Shown here piece after piece: positions 9,336 through 18,441 of a stretch of DNA of 64,000 nucleotides. The stretch comes from an uncultured delta proteobacterium (GTDB lineage: Bacteria > Desulfobacterota > RBG-13-43-22). Numbering within the stretch: position 1 is the first letter of the stretch; every line of letters starts with the position of its first letter. The stretch is taken from NCBI GenBank assembly GCA_963843145.1, contig CAWJJC010000017.1, forward strand, positions 32,001 to 96,000, written 5' to 3'. The notes under the pieces are model-generated. The model searched no databases, had not been told where the DNA came from, and saw only the letters and a list, made by a program, of their open reading frames with translations. The position numbers were made by a program, and so were the translations under genes.

Positions 9336-11102
9336 CTATTTTACCTCCCCCAAACGAAGCACGGCATCAATCTCTTGGAGGATGGAATAGTTCTGGCGGG
9401 CGCTGCCGGCCGTCTCGACCAGGCCGACCAACCGCTGGGTGGCCGGCTTGAGCAGATGCCAGCCCCCGACCAAACGGACCAGGACTTGAAAGAGGAAGAA
9501 AGAAAGAAGACTCACTATGAGGATGGCGACGGTGGCGTGAAGAAAATATTCGGGGACCAGGGTCTGCTGCCAGAGAAAACTTTTTACACTTTGATAAGCA
9601 AAGAGCCCCATGACCGCCAAGGTCGGAAGATTGAAGATCAACTGCAGAATAAAACCGGATAGGTTTCCTACCCGGCGGTTCAGGGCCTCTTCCAAAGCGC
9701 CTTTCCAGGAAGAGGCCAGGCGCAGACGGAGGTCTTCCTCGTCCTGCAAGACCGCTTTGGCCTCGCGCACCCCCTGATTAAATCCCAGGGCAATCAGTCT
9801 TCCGGCCAAATCCGGCCAAACCTGCTGGATGGTAAAACGATATTTGAGCAAGACGGAAGCCATATCACCTCCTGCGGTGGCTTCTTCAACCGCCTGACGT
9901 GTCTTCCGGTAACGGACCAGGGAGGAAATCAAACCCCAGAGCTGCAGCAACGGGTTTCCAAAACGCAACGTGGCCAAAACACCGGCCCCGGCCATCAGAA
10001 ATCGGGCCCAGAGGGCCACCAGCCATCCTACCGGGCCCCACCAGCGATCGGCCAATTTTTGATAAAACAGGGCTTGTATCCCGCTCAACATCTCCTCCCC
10101 GCTTTCCTTCAGGGTTTCCGTTGCGGCCCTGGTCGCCTTTTGTTCCAGATCCAGGATGTCCTTTCTGATCTCCGTCAGTCTTTCCGGCACTCCCGCCAGG
10201 GTGTGCCGGACCGTTTGGTGTATCCATTCAACCAGATGGTCCGCCCTTTCCAGCCGAACGTCCACCAAGCGCCCTTCCTGGTTGAGGGTCCCGAAGATCT
10301 GATTATGGAGTTGCGGGTATTGATCGAAGCGATGTCCGGGTTTTTCGTCTTCCAGCCAGCCCGGCGCTTTCAAATGGTCGCGGGCACTGAGACAAAATAC
10401 GTGGTCGACCTTTCTTCGCCAGGAGGTCTCCAGATGGGTCTGGAGGTCCGGGAGGATAACGGTCTTTAATTCTTCTTCCGGCAGGCGGTCGCAGCGGTTC
10501 AAAACCACGTAAAGCGAGAGGCCGGGAAAGAGCTCAACGAACCGTTTAAGAAAAACGATGGTATCCCGGCGTTTGGGATTTTCGGCATTCAAGACACAGA
10601 CCAGCACGTCGGTCAGGGCGATGGTTTTCTCCAGAAGCGGATGAAAGGGCAGACTTTCCATGCTGTCCATATCCGGGGTGTCCACCAAGATGACCTGTTC
10701 CAATCCAGCCGCGAGCGGACGGGGCTCCACCTCGACCGCGGCCGGATCCAGGCCCTGAAGCAGGATTTCGGCATCAGCCCGGGATCGGCAGAAAACGACG
10801 ACACCTCTAGTGGTTGGCCGGTCGATTCCGACAGGGGAAAGGTGGTCTTCACCGGCCAGGGCGTTCAAGAGGGTCGATTTTCCGGCCCCGCTGGGACCGA
10901 CCAGGGTGACCACCAATTTGTGGACCAACCGTTCCTCCATTTTTTCCAGCAAATCGACGGCCGCTCGGCATTCCGACGATAGGGTCCGGCCGGGAATCCA
11001 GTGGCCGGCGGTTTCAGCCGTGGTCTGGATTTGTCTAATGGATTCCCTGGCGGCCGATAACCGCCCGCGGGCCTTAAGCGGATAGAAGTCGTCCTGGATC
11101 AT
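9336..11102 (-). CDS. dynamin-like/TRAFAC GTPase with C-terminal membrane helices (second of pair)
   Basis: G1 GPSGAGKST, G2 RPTTR, G3 DTPDMDS, G4 LNRCD; helical stalk and hydrophobic segments near the C-terminus. Confidence 0.8.
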   Translation of the reverse strand: MIQDDFYPLKARGRLSAARESIRQIQTTAETAGHWIPGRTLSSECRAAVDLLEKMEERLVHKLVVTLVGPSGAGKSTLLNALAGEDHLSPVGIDRPTTRGVVVFCRSRADAEILLQGLDPAAVEVEPRPLAAGLEQVILVDTPDMDSMESLPFHPLLEKTIALTDVLVCVLNAENPKRRDTIVFLKRFVELFPGLSLYVVLNRCDRLPEEELKTVILPDLQTHLETSWRRKVDHVFCLSARDHLKAPGWLEDEKPGHRFDQYPQLHNQIFGTLNQEGRLVDVRLERADHLVEWIHQTVRHTLAGVPERLTEIRKDILDLEQKATRAATETLKESGEEMLSGIQALFYQKLADRWWGPVGWLVALWARFLMAGAGVLATLRFGNPLLQLWGLISSLVRYRKTRQAVEEATAGGDMASVLLKYRFTIQQVWPDLAGRLIALGFNQGVREAKAVLQDEEDLRLRLASSWKGALEEALNRRVGNLSGFILQLIFNLPTLAVMGLFAYQSVKSFLWQQTLVPEYFLHATVAILIVSLLSFFLFQVLVRLVGGWHLLKPATQRLVGLVETAGSARQNYSILQEIDAVLRLGEVK

Positions 11103-13072
11103 CGGAGATAACCTCGCAATAAGTCCAGTTCTTTTTTAATTTCTTCAATTAATTGATCGAGGCCCCCTCTCATTTTTACTATTTCCTCGATCACACCGCC
11201 GGTAATGGTTTCTTCGAAGACTTCCCGAACGATAATGGCCCGGTTTTCTAGCCACCGTCTGACCACCGGCTCCAGCATGTCGGAAAGCTGTTTCCGTCCG
11301 GTTTCATCCAGGCCGGCCGAAGCGGGGATGGAAACCAGGGCCCATAAATCGTGCATACCGAAGATACCGTGAAGTTTGGCGTAAAGGCCGCTCCCGCCCA
11401 CCGGGTCACCGGTGGTCAGAATATAGGCGATACCGAGGGTGGCCGGTAAGACGTTCAACGAAGCAAAAAATGATTCACGGGTTCTTTGAAGAAAATTCAT
11501 TTGCAGACGGAATTCGTTAATCAGGCTGGTCAGCTCTGCGGTCAAAACGGCATCTTCGGAAATATCCAAAAGGTTTCGGGCCGTGGAAACAATCCGCTCG
11601 GAGGTAGCCGACCAGGGACGGCCCTCCAATGCTTTCCGGACGGCAGCGGTACCCTCGGGAGCAACCACGTGCAGGGTTACGGTTCCTCTGCTGGGGGCCA
11701 TCTGTCGAAAAGGCAACTGTATTTCCTTGGATCCCCGGTGTTGGCGAATATGATCGACCAGGGCGATCAGGCGGGACCCTTCCGGTTCTTTGGCCACGAT
11801 CTCGGCCACTAATTCCTCGGCCAGGAGGTGGTCACGCAGTTCCGAGGCCGCGCCCAGGAGGTTGGATTTGATTTCCTCCAGCGGATCGATCGGTTGGGCG
11901 AAAGAACCTTTTTGGGAGGCCTCATCCCCCTGGGCCAGGTTCAGTAGCGATAAAAGCATCCGGGCAGGTTTACCGAGGACGCTGCCCACGCCGCGGAAGA
12001 ACTTGAGGTGCGGCGGACTGGTTTCCAGCCAGAGATCATTCATGCTTTGGAGGATCTTCTTGACCGGAATAGAAACCAGGGATTGTTGAACGGCCCGCCC
12101 GAGGGCCAGTTGCAGCGTACCGACATACAGGTCGATCTCCTCCCGCGCGACCTTGGAGGTCTTCATGAGCTGCCGCACATAACCGACGAAGGCCTCCAGG
12201 GTAGAGAGAATCTGTCGTTCCCTGATGGCCCGCGGGTCCAGTCTTCGTAACAATTCCATCAAATCCGGTTCTCCGGAACGGATCGGTCGCGGATTCATGA
12301 AAGCCTGACCGGCGGCCACCTCGTCGCTGGTGTCGGTTCGGTAGGTGCCGATCAGATACTCCTCTTGGGCCGGCCCATATAAATTGGAGGCCGTGGTCTT
12401 CAAATGTTCTCTGGCCTGCTGGTCCTCGATCGTGCGGGAACAACTATAGACCAGGATTAAGCGCCGCATCCCGGTCTCGGTTAGAATCTGCCGCATAAAG
12501 CGGGTGTTCTCCAGATTGTTGTAGGTCGTATTGGTGACAATATAGATCAGGACGTTACAGGCCTCCAGCACCTCCCGGGCGATGGGACGGTTCAGATAAC
12601 GGTCGTCGGACCCGGTATCAAAGTCGGGGGTGTCCATCCAGACCTGATCCTGCGGCACATCCGGGTGGGACACCACCAGCGGCGGACCGGGCTCCAGCAG
12701 GGCCGTTGAATCCTCAAGGGTCTGGGGAATGAAACCAAAAGGCTCAAAGAGGTTTTCCATAAAGTTCTTCTGGCGGAGTATGACGGGGTGTATAGCCGCC
12801 AGAACACGGCGGGTGCTTCCGGCGTCACCTCGGGCCGGTGAGAGACGGATCTTCAACAGAGAATTAAACAAGGTGGACTTCCCTGAGTTGGCGCCACCGC
12901 AGACGGCCACCATGAGGGGCAGGCGTTTATCAATCAGCGGAAGCAGCTTGGCATCCAGGTTTCTCCACTGTTCGCTCGAATCCGGGTCACTGGTCCGGAT
13001 CAAATCGACCAGTCGGGGGAGAAGTTCGCGCAAATGGAGGAGCGGTTGTTTTAATTGATCAATGTTGGACAT
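11099..13072 (-). CDS. dynamin-like/TRAFAC GTPase (first of pair)
   Basis: G1 GGANSGKST, G2 GSTRR, G3 DTPDFD, atypical G4 region (YSCSR); hydrophobic hairpin near the C-terminus. Start reassigned to MSNIDQL (13072); ATGA overlap with the next gene. Confidence 0.78.
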   Translation of the reverse strand: MSNIDQLKQPLLHLRELLPRLVDLIRTSDPDSSEQWRNLDAKLLPLIDKRLPLMVAVCGGANSGKSTLFNSLLKIRLSPARGDAGSTRRVLAAIHPVILRQKNFMENLFEPFGFIPQTLEDSTALLEPGPPLVVSHPDVPQDQVWMDTPDFDTGSDDRYLNRPIAREVLEACNVLIYIVTNTTYNNLENTRFMRQILTETGMRRLILVYSCSRTIEDQQAREHLKTTASNLYGPAQEEYLIGTYRTDTSDEVAAGQAFMNPRPIRSGEPDLMELLRRLDPRAIRERQILSTLEAFVGYVRQLMKTSKVAREEIDLYVGTLQLALGRAVQQSLVSIPVKKILQSMNDLWLETSPPHLKFFRGVGSVLGKPARMLLSLLNLAQGDEASQKGSFAQPIDPLEEIKSNLLGAASELRDHLLAEELVAEIVAKEPEGSRLIALVDHIRQHRGSKEIQLPFRQMAPSRGTVTLHVVAPEGTAAVRKALEGRPWSATSERIVSTARNLLDISEDAVLTAELTSLINEFRLQMNFLQRTRESFFASLNVLPATLGIAYILTTGDPVGGSGLYAKLHGIFGMHDLWALVSIPASAGLDETGRKQLSDMLEPVVRRWLENRAIIVREVFEETITGGVIEEIVKMRGGLDQLIEEIKKELDLLRGYLR

Positions 13073-13257
13073 TGCCTTTTTTATGGTAAAAGGTGAGAAA
13101 AAGGGTTTCTCCTTGGATGTCCTGAGCGGAGGCGACCTCTCTCCGCAGAGTCGCCGGCCGGGAGAAGGCAACGGGTAGAATGATGACGGACATTCCAGGA
13201 AGCGCCGAGCCGACGGAAGGATCGGTTGGAGACTCCGTCATTGAAGTCCGATTTTAA

Positions 13258-14889
13258 TCAATTCATCGGAACGGGGATAAAGGGGGTTTTCAAGCCGATT
13301 ACGTTGTAGGCCATGACCGGTTCGCTGAAGCCTTTCACCTCCAGGGCACCGATTTCTTCCACCTCCACCAGATCCTCCACTTGAAAAAGGGTCTTGCGGC
13401 TGATCAGGATCTGGCCTCCCTTGGCTGCGGCGCATAATCGGGCGGCCAGGTTGGTGGTCTTCCCAATGGCGGCGTAGTCCATTCGCCCTTCGAAACCGAT
13501 ATTGCCCACATAAACGTAGCCGGTGGAAATCCCAAAGGATATATCCAGGGTATAGCCTAATTTGTTCCATTTGGCCCGCAGGTCGACCAAACGCTCCCGG
13601 GCGGCGGTGGCCATGGCCACCGCCCGGCGGGCATGATCCTTAAAACGGACCGGGGCGCCAAAAAAAACCATCACCCCATCCCCGGCAAACCGCTCCAGGG
13701 TCCCGTCAAATTCAAAAATTATTTCGCCGTACACGGCATGAAAGTCACTCAGCATGGCGATAATCTCTTCCGGTTCCGAAGTCTCCGAGAAATGGGTATA
13801 GTTCCGCAGATCGGAAAAGACGATAGAGACTTCCTGGCGGGTAGGCTTCAGAACGTGCGATTCATCACCGGACAGCACCGCCGCCACCAACTGGGGGGAA
13901 AGGTAGCGCTTCAGTCGGGTGATGCGTTCAGCCTCGGAGACATCCTCACTGACCCGCTTTTCCACCTGGGAGGTCACCAGAATGGCTTCTTTTCGCAACC
14001 GGTTCATTTCAATCATGTTGCGAATCCGCACCTGAAATTCCGTGAAATCCTGATGATGCAGGATTTCATCCACCCCGGAACGAATGAGGGTCTGGGCCTC
14101 GATCCAAGGCTCCCCATGGAGTAACAAGACAATGGGCATGTTTTGTGAATGGGAACGCAGTTCCTGATAAATTTCCAGAGGCTCCGGGATCTGATGGCAG
14201 AGCAGGATGCAATCGGGCAGAGGGTTCTCCAGGGCCGCCCGGACCTGATTTCGCTCGGTGGCCTGCCGGATCACCACCCCGGAAGCGACCAGCAGTTCAA
14301 GTTGCTGCTCAATTTTCGAACATCCGGGATGAATGACCAGAAGAGAAGGTGGTTCTTGGTTAGGGGGAAATCAGAGGAATGGAGGGTGCCAGGGGTTCCC
14401 CTATGGTCTTCGGCTTGCCCTCCGGCGATTTCTCCAGAGAAGGTCTCTCGGCTTCGCCCCCGACGATTTCTTCGGCCAAGGTTTTTCCGCCTTCTCCGGT
14501 TCAGCGGCTTGCGGTCGCCGGGCAGCCCTTGGATCGCTCTGCCTGAGCCCCGGATCCTGGGTCTGAGCCGGCGGAGCCGGAAGGACCGCTTCTCTTTCAG
14601 GGATCTGTTCCAGGACGATTTCCGACAGCCCCAGACGTATCTTATCTCCGGGATGCAGCAAGACCCGGGTAATCCGCTGTTCATTGACCAGGGTGCCGTT
14701 GGCGCTGTGCAAATCCTCCAAGAACAGCCCCTCGGACATCAGTTGCAGCAGGCAATGTTCCCGAGAAACCAGCGGGTCGTTGATGACCACTTCGCAATGA
14801 GGGGTCCGACCGATCCTGGCCAACGGTTTTTCTACGGTATAGATCCAACGCTTTCCGACAGATGGGGTAATTTGGAGTTTATAGAGCAT
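13258..14889 (-). CDS. FHA - linker - pseudo-receiver - class III nucleotide cyclase (probably one gene broken by indels; ORF track gives 14401..14889 and 13258..14277)
   Basis: FHA motifs IGR, SREH, SANGT. Cyclase motifs FSDLRNYT, ERFAGDG, GNIG..GRMDY, NLAARL. Both ORFs are in the same frame, separated only by TAG 14401 and TGA 14371, and an alternative frame gives a P/E/K-rich linker across the gap. Confidence 0.8.
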
Positions 14890-15012
14890 ACCGTGTTCTT
14901 CATCTAGATTTTTTTATGATTATACTCCCAAGGTCCAGCAAAGTCAAACCTCCGAAAAAACTGGGATTGACTCCGGTCGAAAGGTTTGCTATTAGAATAG
15001 CGACCACTATTT

Positions 15013-16251
15013 ATGGAATCCTCCACTATCCGCAAAGACTTCATCTTGCTGATCGCCAGCCGGGTTTTTACTCGGATCGGAGACGGCTTTTTGCGCATCC
15101 TCTCGGTCCTCCTGGTGGCCGCCAAAAGCCATGATCCCATGATCGCCGGCTTGGTGCTGGTGTTTCGCTATGTCTGCGAAATACTGATCAACGCCATATC
15201 CGGCCCCTTTATCGACAAACTGCATATTCGCACCTCCCTGATGGCCGCCGAGCTGCTGCGGACGATCCTGAGCCTGCTGCTGGTGGCGGCCGTGCTTCGG
15301 GGTTATCCCTACCCGGTTTATCTGGTCCTCTCTTTTTTGGGAGATTTTGTCTTTATTTTCTTTAAACCGGCGTCCGACAAGGTGGTTAAAGTCAATTTCC
15401 CGGTTAAGGAAGGAACCAAAGTCTTATCCCAGGTGGACGCCGCCAACCATTTCAGCAATATCGCGGGTTACGCCCTGGCCAGTCTGGTGTCCGGTTGGCT
15501 GGGGCTCAAAGTGGCGGTTCTTTGGGGACCGCCTCTATTCTTTATTTCCTTCCTGCTGGTCACCCGCCTACGACTGAGCGGAGAATCCGTCATCGATTAC
15601 CAGAGGGTCCGTAAAAAATCCTATTGGGCCAGCCAAAAAGAGGGGCTCCGCTATACCTGGGGCAAGAAACCGCTGCGGCTTTTATTAATCGGCCGCTCCC
15701 TGGTAGCGGTGGGCCGCGGCTCCTTTACCGTACTTTCGGTGGTTTACTTGGCCCACATGGCCAAGGGCCTGTCGTCCTACGGCTATTTTGAATCCGCCCA
15801 ATCCGCGGGCAAGGTGTTGGTCACCGCCCTGGTGATCCCTTTTTTCTTCGCTTACCGTTCTACCTTTTTTCTCACCGCGGTATCCCTGCTCGTCATCGGG
15901 GCGTCCTTCTTCGGCTTTAACCTGGTAAATGATATCTACCTGGCCTGTCTGGTGGGGGTCCTGGTAGGCGCCGGGCAGGCCTCCGAAGCCGTGGGGATTG
16001 ACGCCATGTTGAACCGCTACTCCGAGGCCCACATTCAGGGAAGGGCCAAATCCACCACCAGTTTCGGTAGTCGCATTTTTGGTTTGGCGGCCATGGGGGC
16101 GGTTTATCTACTGGTGACCACCTTTCAGGTCTCAGCCCGCACCCTTTTCGGCTGGCTGGGTATTTTCCCCGTTTTGGGATCCTTGGTGTTCTTTTTTGGC
16201 TGGAGGGCCGAAAAAGAGGAACGAAACAAAAATCTGTCCGCAGAGAGGTGA
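15013..16251 (+). CDS. MFS transporter (exporter-like)
   Basis: 412 aa with about 12 hydrophobic segments; GPFIDKL.IR motif-A-like loop; EGLRY and IQGRA motifs. Confidence 0.85.
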   Translation: MESSTIRKDFILLIASRVFTRIGDGFLRILSVLLVAAKSHDPMIAGLVLVFRYVCEILINAISGPFIDKLHIRTSLMAAELLRTILSLLLVAAVLRGYPYPVYLVLSFLGDFVFIFFKPASDKVVKVNFPVKEGTKVLSQVDAANHFSNIAGYALASLVSGWLGLKVAVLWGPPLFFISFLLVTRLRLSGESVIDYQRVRKKSYWASQKEGLRYTWGKKPLRLLLIGRSLVAVGRGSFTVLSVVYLAHMAKGLSSYGYFESAQSAGKVLVTALVIPFFFAYRSTFFLTAVSLLVIGASFFGFNLVNDIYLACLVGVLVGAGQASEAVGIDAMLNRYSEAHIQGRAKSTTSFGSRIFGLAAMGAVYLLVTTFQVSARTLFGWLGIFPVLGSLVFFFGWRAEKEERNKNLSAER

Positions 16252-17477
16252 CTATGACATCGGCCCAGAAACCCCTTCAAGCGTATGAAGCCCCGGAATT
16301 GGAAGATCAGGCCGTGGTTTTTTTTGAGGCCCTGCAACAGGCGGCCACCGCCGGGTTCAAGGAAAGCGATCAAGTCTACGGCGGAGTCACCCTGGGAATC
16401 AACCTGCCGCCTCTCGGGGAGGGGGATCGCGGCATCGTCTATCCGCTGCGTTCCCATTCGCTAACCCTCCCGGAAGCCCGGGGGCCTCTCTGCCTCAAGG
16501 TGGCCAAACAGCAGCCGGTTTGTCGAGAACGTCTCCTGGAAGAGGCCATGACCACGGAATTTTTCCTTTCCGAACAGGTGTACGTCCCTCGTATATATCA
16601 TTTGGATCCCTTAGGCCGTTTTTGCATCAAAGAATTTGTAGAGGGGGAATCCATTACCAGCCTTTATCTGCGTTTCAATGAATTATCGGTTAAAAGCCAG
16701 CAATTGATCCTGGAAGGCCTGGAAAAATTCTTAAACCGTCTTCTGGAATTATTCAAAAAGCGGCCCGATTGCAAAGTCAGCGTCAGCCCTAATAACATTT
16801 ATGTCTTGAGCGAAGGGGGGAAATTTAAAGATCCCACTCAATTTGTCTTGATCGATCCGGGGACCACCTTAAAAAAAAATTACGAAGGCTATACCTTCAA
16901 CAAGTACTGGAATGAAGTCCTGCCCGACCGCATCCGCAAATACCAGCGCACCGGTTACCTGCAGTGGCTGGTGCCTCAGGAAGTGACCCAATCCGAACGG
17001 GACGAGGCCAAGGAATTTGAAATTTTCCATGACCTGAAACCGGCGGAAATATTCCTGCTCCTAAAAACCGCCAAGACCATTGAATTCGAACCGGAGGAAA
17101 TCATCCTCCGGGAAGGGGCCATCGGGGAAAATTTTTACCTGATCCTGGAGGGGGAGGTAGAGGTGCGGCGGGGGCATTATTCCAAACCGGGTTCCTGGCA
17201 CCTGCGGATCGGACGGGGATCGGTCCTGGGGGAAATGGCCTTCCTGCTCCATGTCCCCCGGTCCATGACCGTCGTGGCCGCTACCCCCTGCAAATTGATC
17301 GAAATCGATCAGGACAAGTTCAACGAGCTTTTGGAGGCCAACCTCACGGCCCCCTATAAGCTCATCAAAAACATCTCGGTTATTTTGGCTGAACGGCTTT
17401 TCCAATTGACCGTCAAGCATGAAAAGGTTTTGGAGAATCATGATCCTAACGCCTCCGGGGAAACCTCCCATGGATGA
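16248..17477 (+). CDS. kinase-fold protein lacking the catalytic Asp, fused to a C-terminal cNMP-binding domain
   Basis: Kinase motifs LGEGDRGIVY, LCLKVAK, LLEE, KEFVEG, SVSPNNIYV, LIDPG. cNMP domain: ILREGAIGENFYLILEGEVEV, LGEMAFL...PRSMTV. GTGA overlap with the MFS gene. Confidence 0.8.
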   Translation: MTMTSAQKPLQAYEAPELEDQAVVFFEALQQAATAGFKESDQVYGGVTLGINLPPLGEGDRGIVYPLRSHSLTLPEARGPLCLKVAKQQPVCRERLLEEAMTTEFFLSEQVYVPRIYHLDPLGRFCIKEFVEGESITSLYLRFNELSVKSQQLILEGLEKFLNRLLELFKKRPDCKVSVSPNNIYVLSEGGKFKDPTQFVLIDPGTTLKKNYEGYTFNKYWNEVLPDRIRKYQRTGYLQWLVPQEVTQSERDEAKEFEIFHDLKPAEIFLLLKTAKTIEFEPEEIILREGAIGENFYLILEGEVEVRRGHYSKPGSWHLRIGRGSVLGEMAFLLHVPRSMTVVAATPCKLIEIDQDKFNELLEANLTAPYKLIKNISVILAERLFQLTVKHEKVLENHDPNASGETSHG

Positions 17478-18441
17478 ACCGAAACCCCATACGGAAATAT
17501 GCCCCCGTTGTGAGGAAGGTTTTTTAGTAACGGTTCAAACCCCTCAGGATATTACCATCGAAGGGTCCATTGTCCGTATCCCCAACGTCCAGGTGGATGA
17601 GTGCCGGGTTTGCGGCTTTCGCTCCCTTTCCGGCAGGGAAGTGGGCTTGTTCGAAATCCTTTTCGCTCCCCAGTATGCCCGAATCAGCGATTTGATCCTG
17701 GCCCTTCAGACCGCCGGTTATTACGGCATGTTCTTGAGGGAGGACCGGTCGGAAACTTTCATCGGCTTCGGGTCCCGGGATTACGTGGCCAACCTGGCGG
17801 AAGATCTGCGGGTCCTTTATCTGGATAACGAATCCAGCCACGTCATTCAGGGGCTGGGCGGCTTTCCCTCCGGGTTCATCCCCATCAACCTGGCCGGCAA
17901 TCATTATACCGTCAAGCTGCCCAGGATCGGGGAAGGGGAAAATGGGATCGTCTACGACTATCAGGAAGCCCCGCAGGCGGTCTTGAAACTCGCCAAACCC
18001 CGTCCCTACAGTCGAAATCATCTGAAGGAGGAATACGAGGTAACGGACTTTTTCGAAAGGCAGGGCGTTCCCGTACCGCGCATCCTGTTGAGCGATCCCT
18101 ACGGCAGCTTCATGATCAAAGAGCGTCTGGCCGGAGAGTCCCTGGCCAAAACCTATTTTTCCCTGGGTGGACCGGGCAATTCGGCCTATCGATTGGTCCG
18201 GGAGAGCGTGCAGGCCTTCATTGACCGGCTGATAGACCTTTTCGACAAAAACCCGGAAGTGAAAACCTCGGTCAGTCCCAATAATATTTTTGTTTTACTA
18301 AAGGGAAATGACTGCCAGTGCCTGTTGGTGGATACCGGTCCCGCCCCTTGCCACGATTATTCGGGGTTTAATTTCGACCACTACTGGGAAACGGTGATCC
18401 CGCAAAAGATCAAACAATATGCTGCCGCCGGGTATCTCTAG
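17470..18441 (+). CDS. YgiT/MqsA-type zinc finger fused to a kinase-fold domain lacking the catalytic Asp
   Basis: Start reassigned to MDEPK (17470), overlapping the previous stop. CPRC...IPNVQVDECRVCG finger; IGEGENGIVY, VLKLAK, LKEE, SVSPNNIFV, LVDTG. Confidence 0.78.
   Translation: MDEPKPHTEICPRCEEGFLVTVQTPQDITIEGSIVRIPNVQVDECRVCGFRSLSGREVGLFEILFAPQYARISDLILALQTAGYYGMFLREDRSETFIGFGSRDYVANLAEDLRVLYLDNESSHVIQGLGGFPSGFIPINLAGNHYTVKLPRIGEGENGIVYDYQEAPQAVLKLAKPRPYSRNHLKEEYEVTDFFERQGVPVPRILLSDPYGSFMIKERLAGESLAKTYFSLGGPGNSAYRLVRESVQAFIDRLIDLFDKNPEVKTSVSPNNIFVLLKGNDCQCLLVDTGPAPCHDYSGFNFDHYWETVIPQKIKQYAAAGYL

Noticed and set aside
13258-17477. Calling the cyclase + cNMP-domain pair a Pycsar/CBASS system
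   Set aside because: The genes are divergent, the cyclase has FHA/receiver-like domains, and the cNMP domain is fused to a kinase fold rather than TIR or TM effectors; a defence role is not supported from sequence alone.
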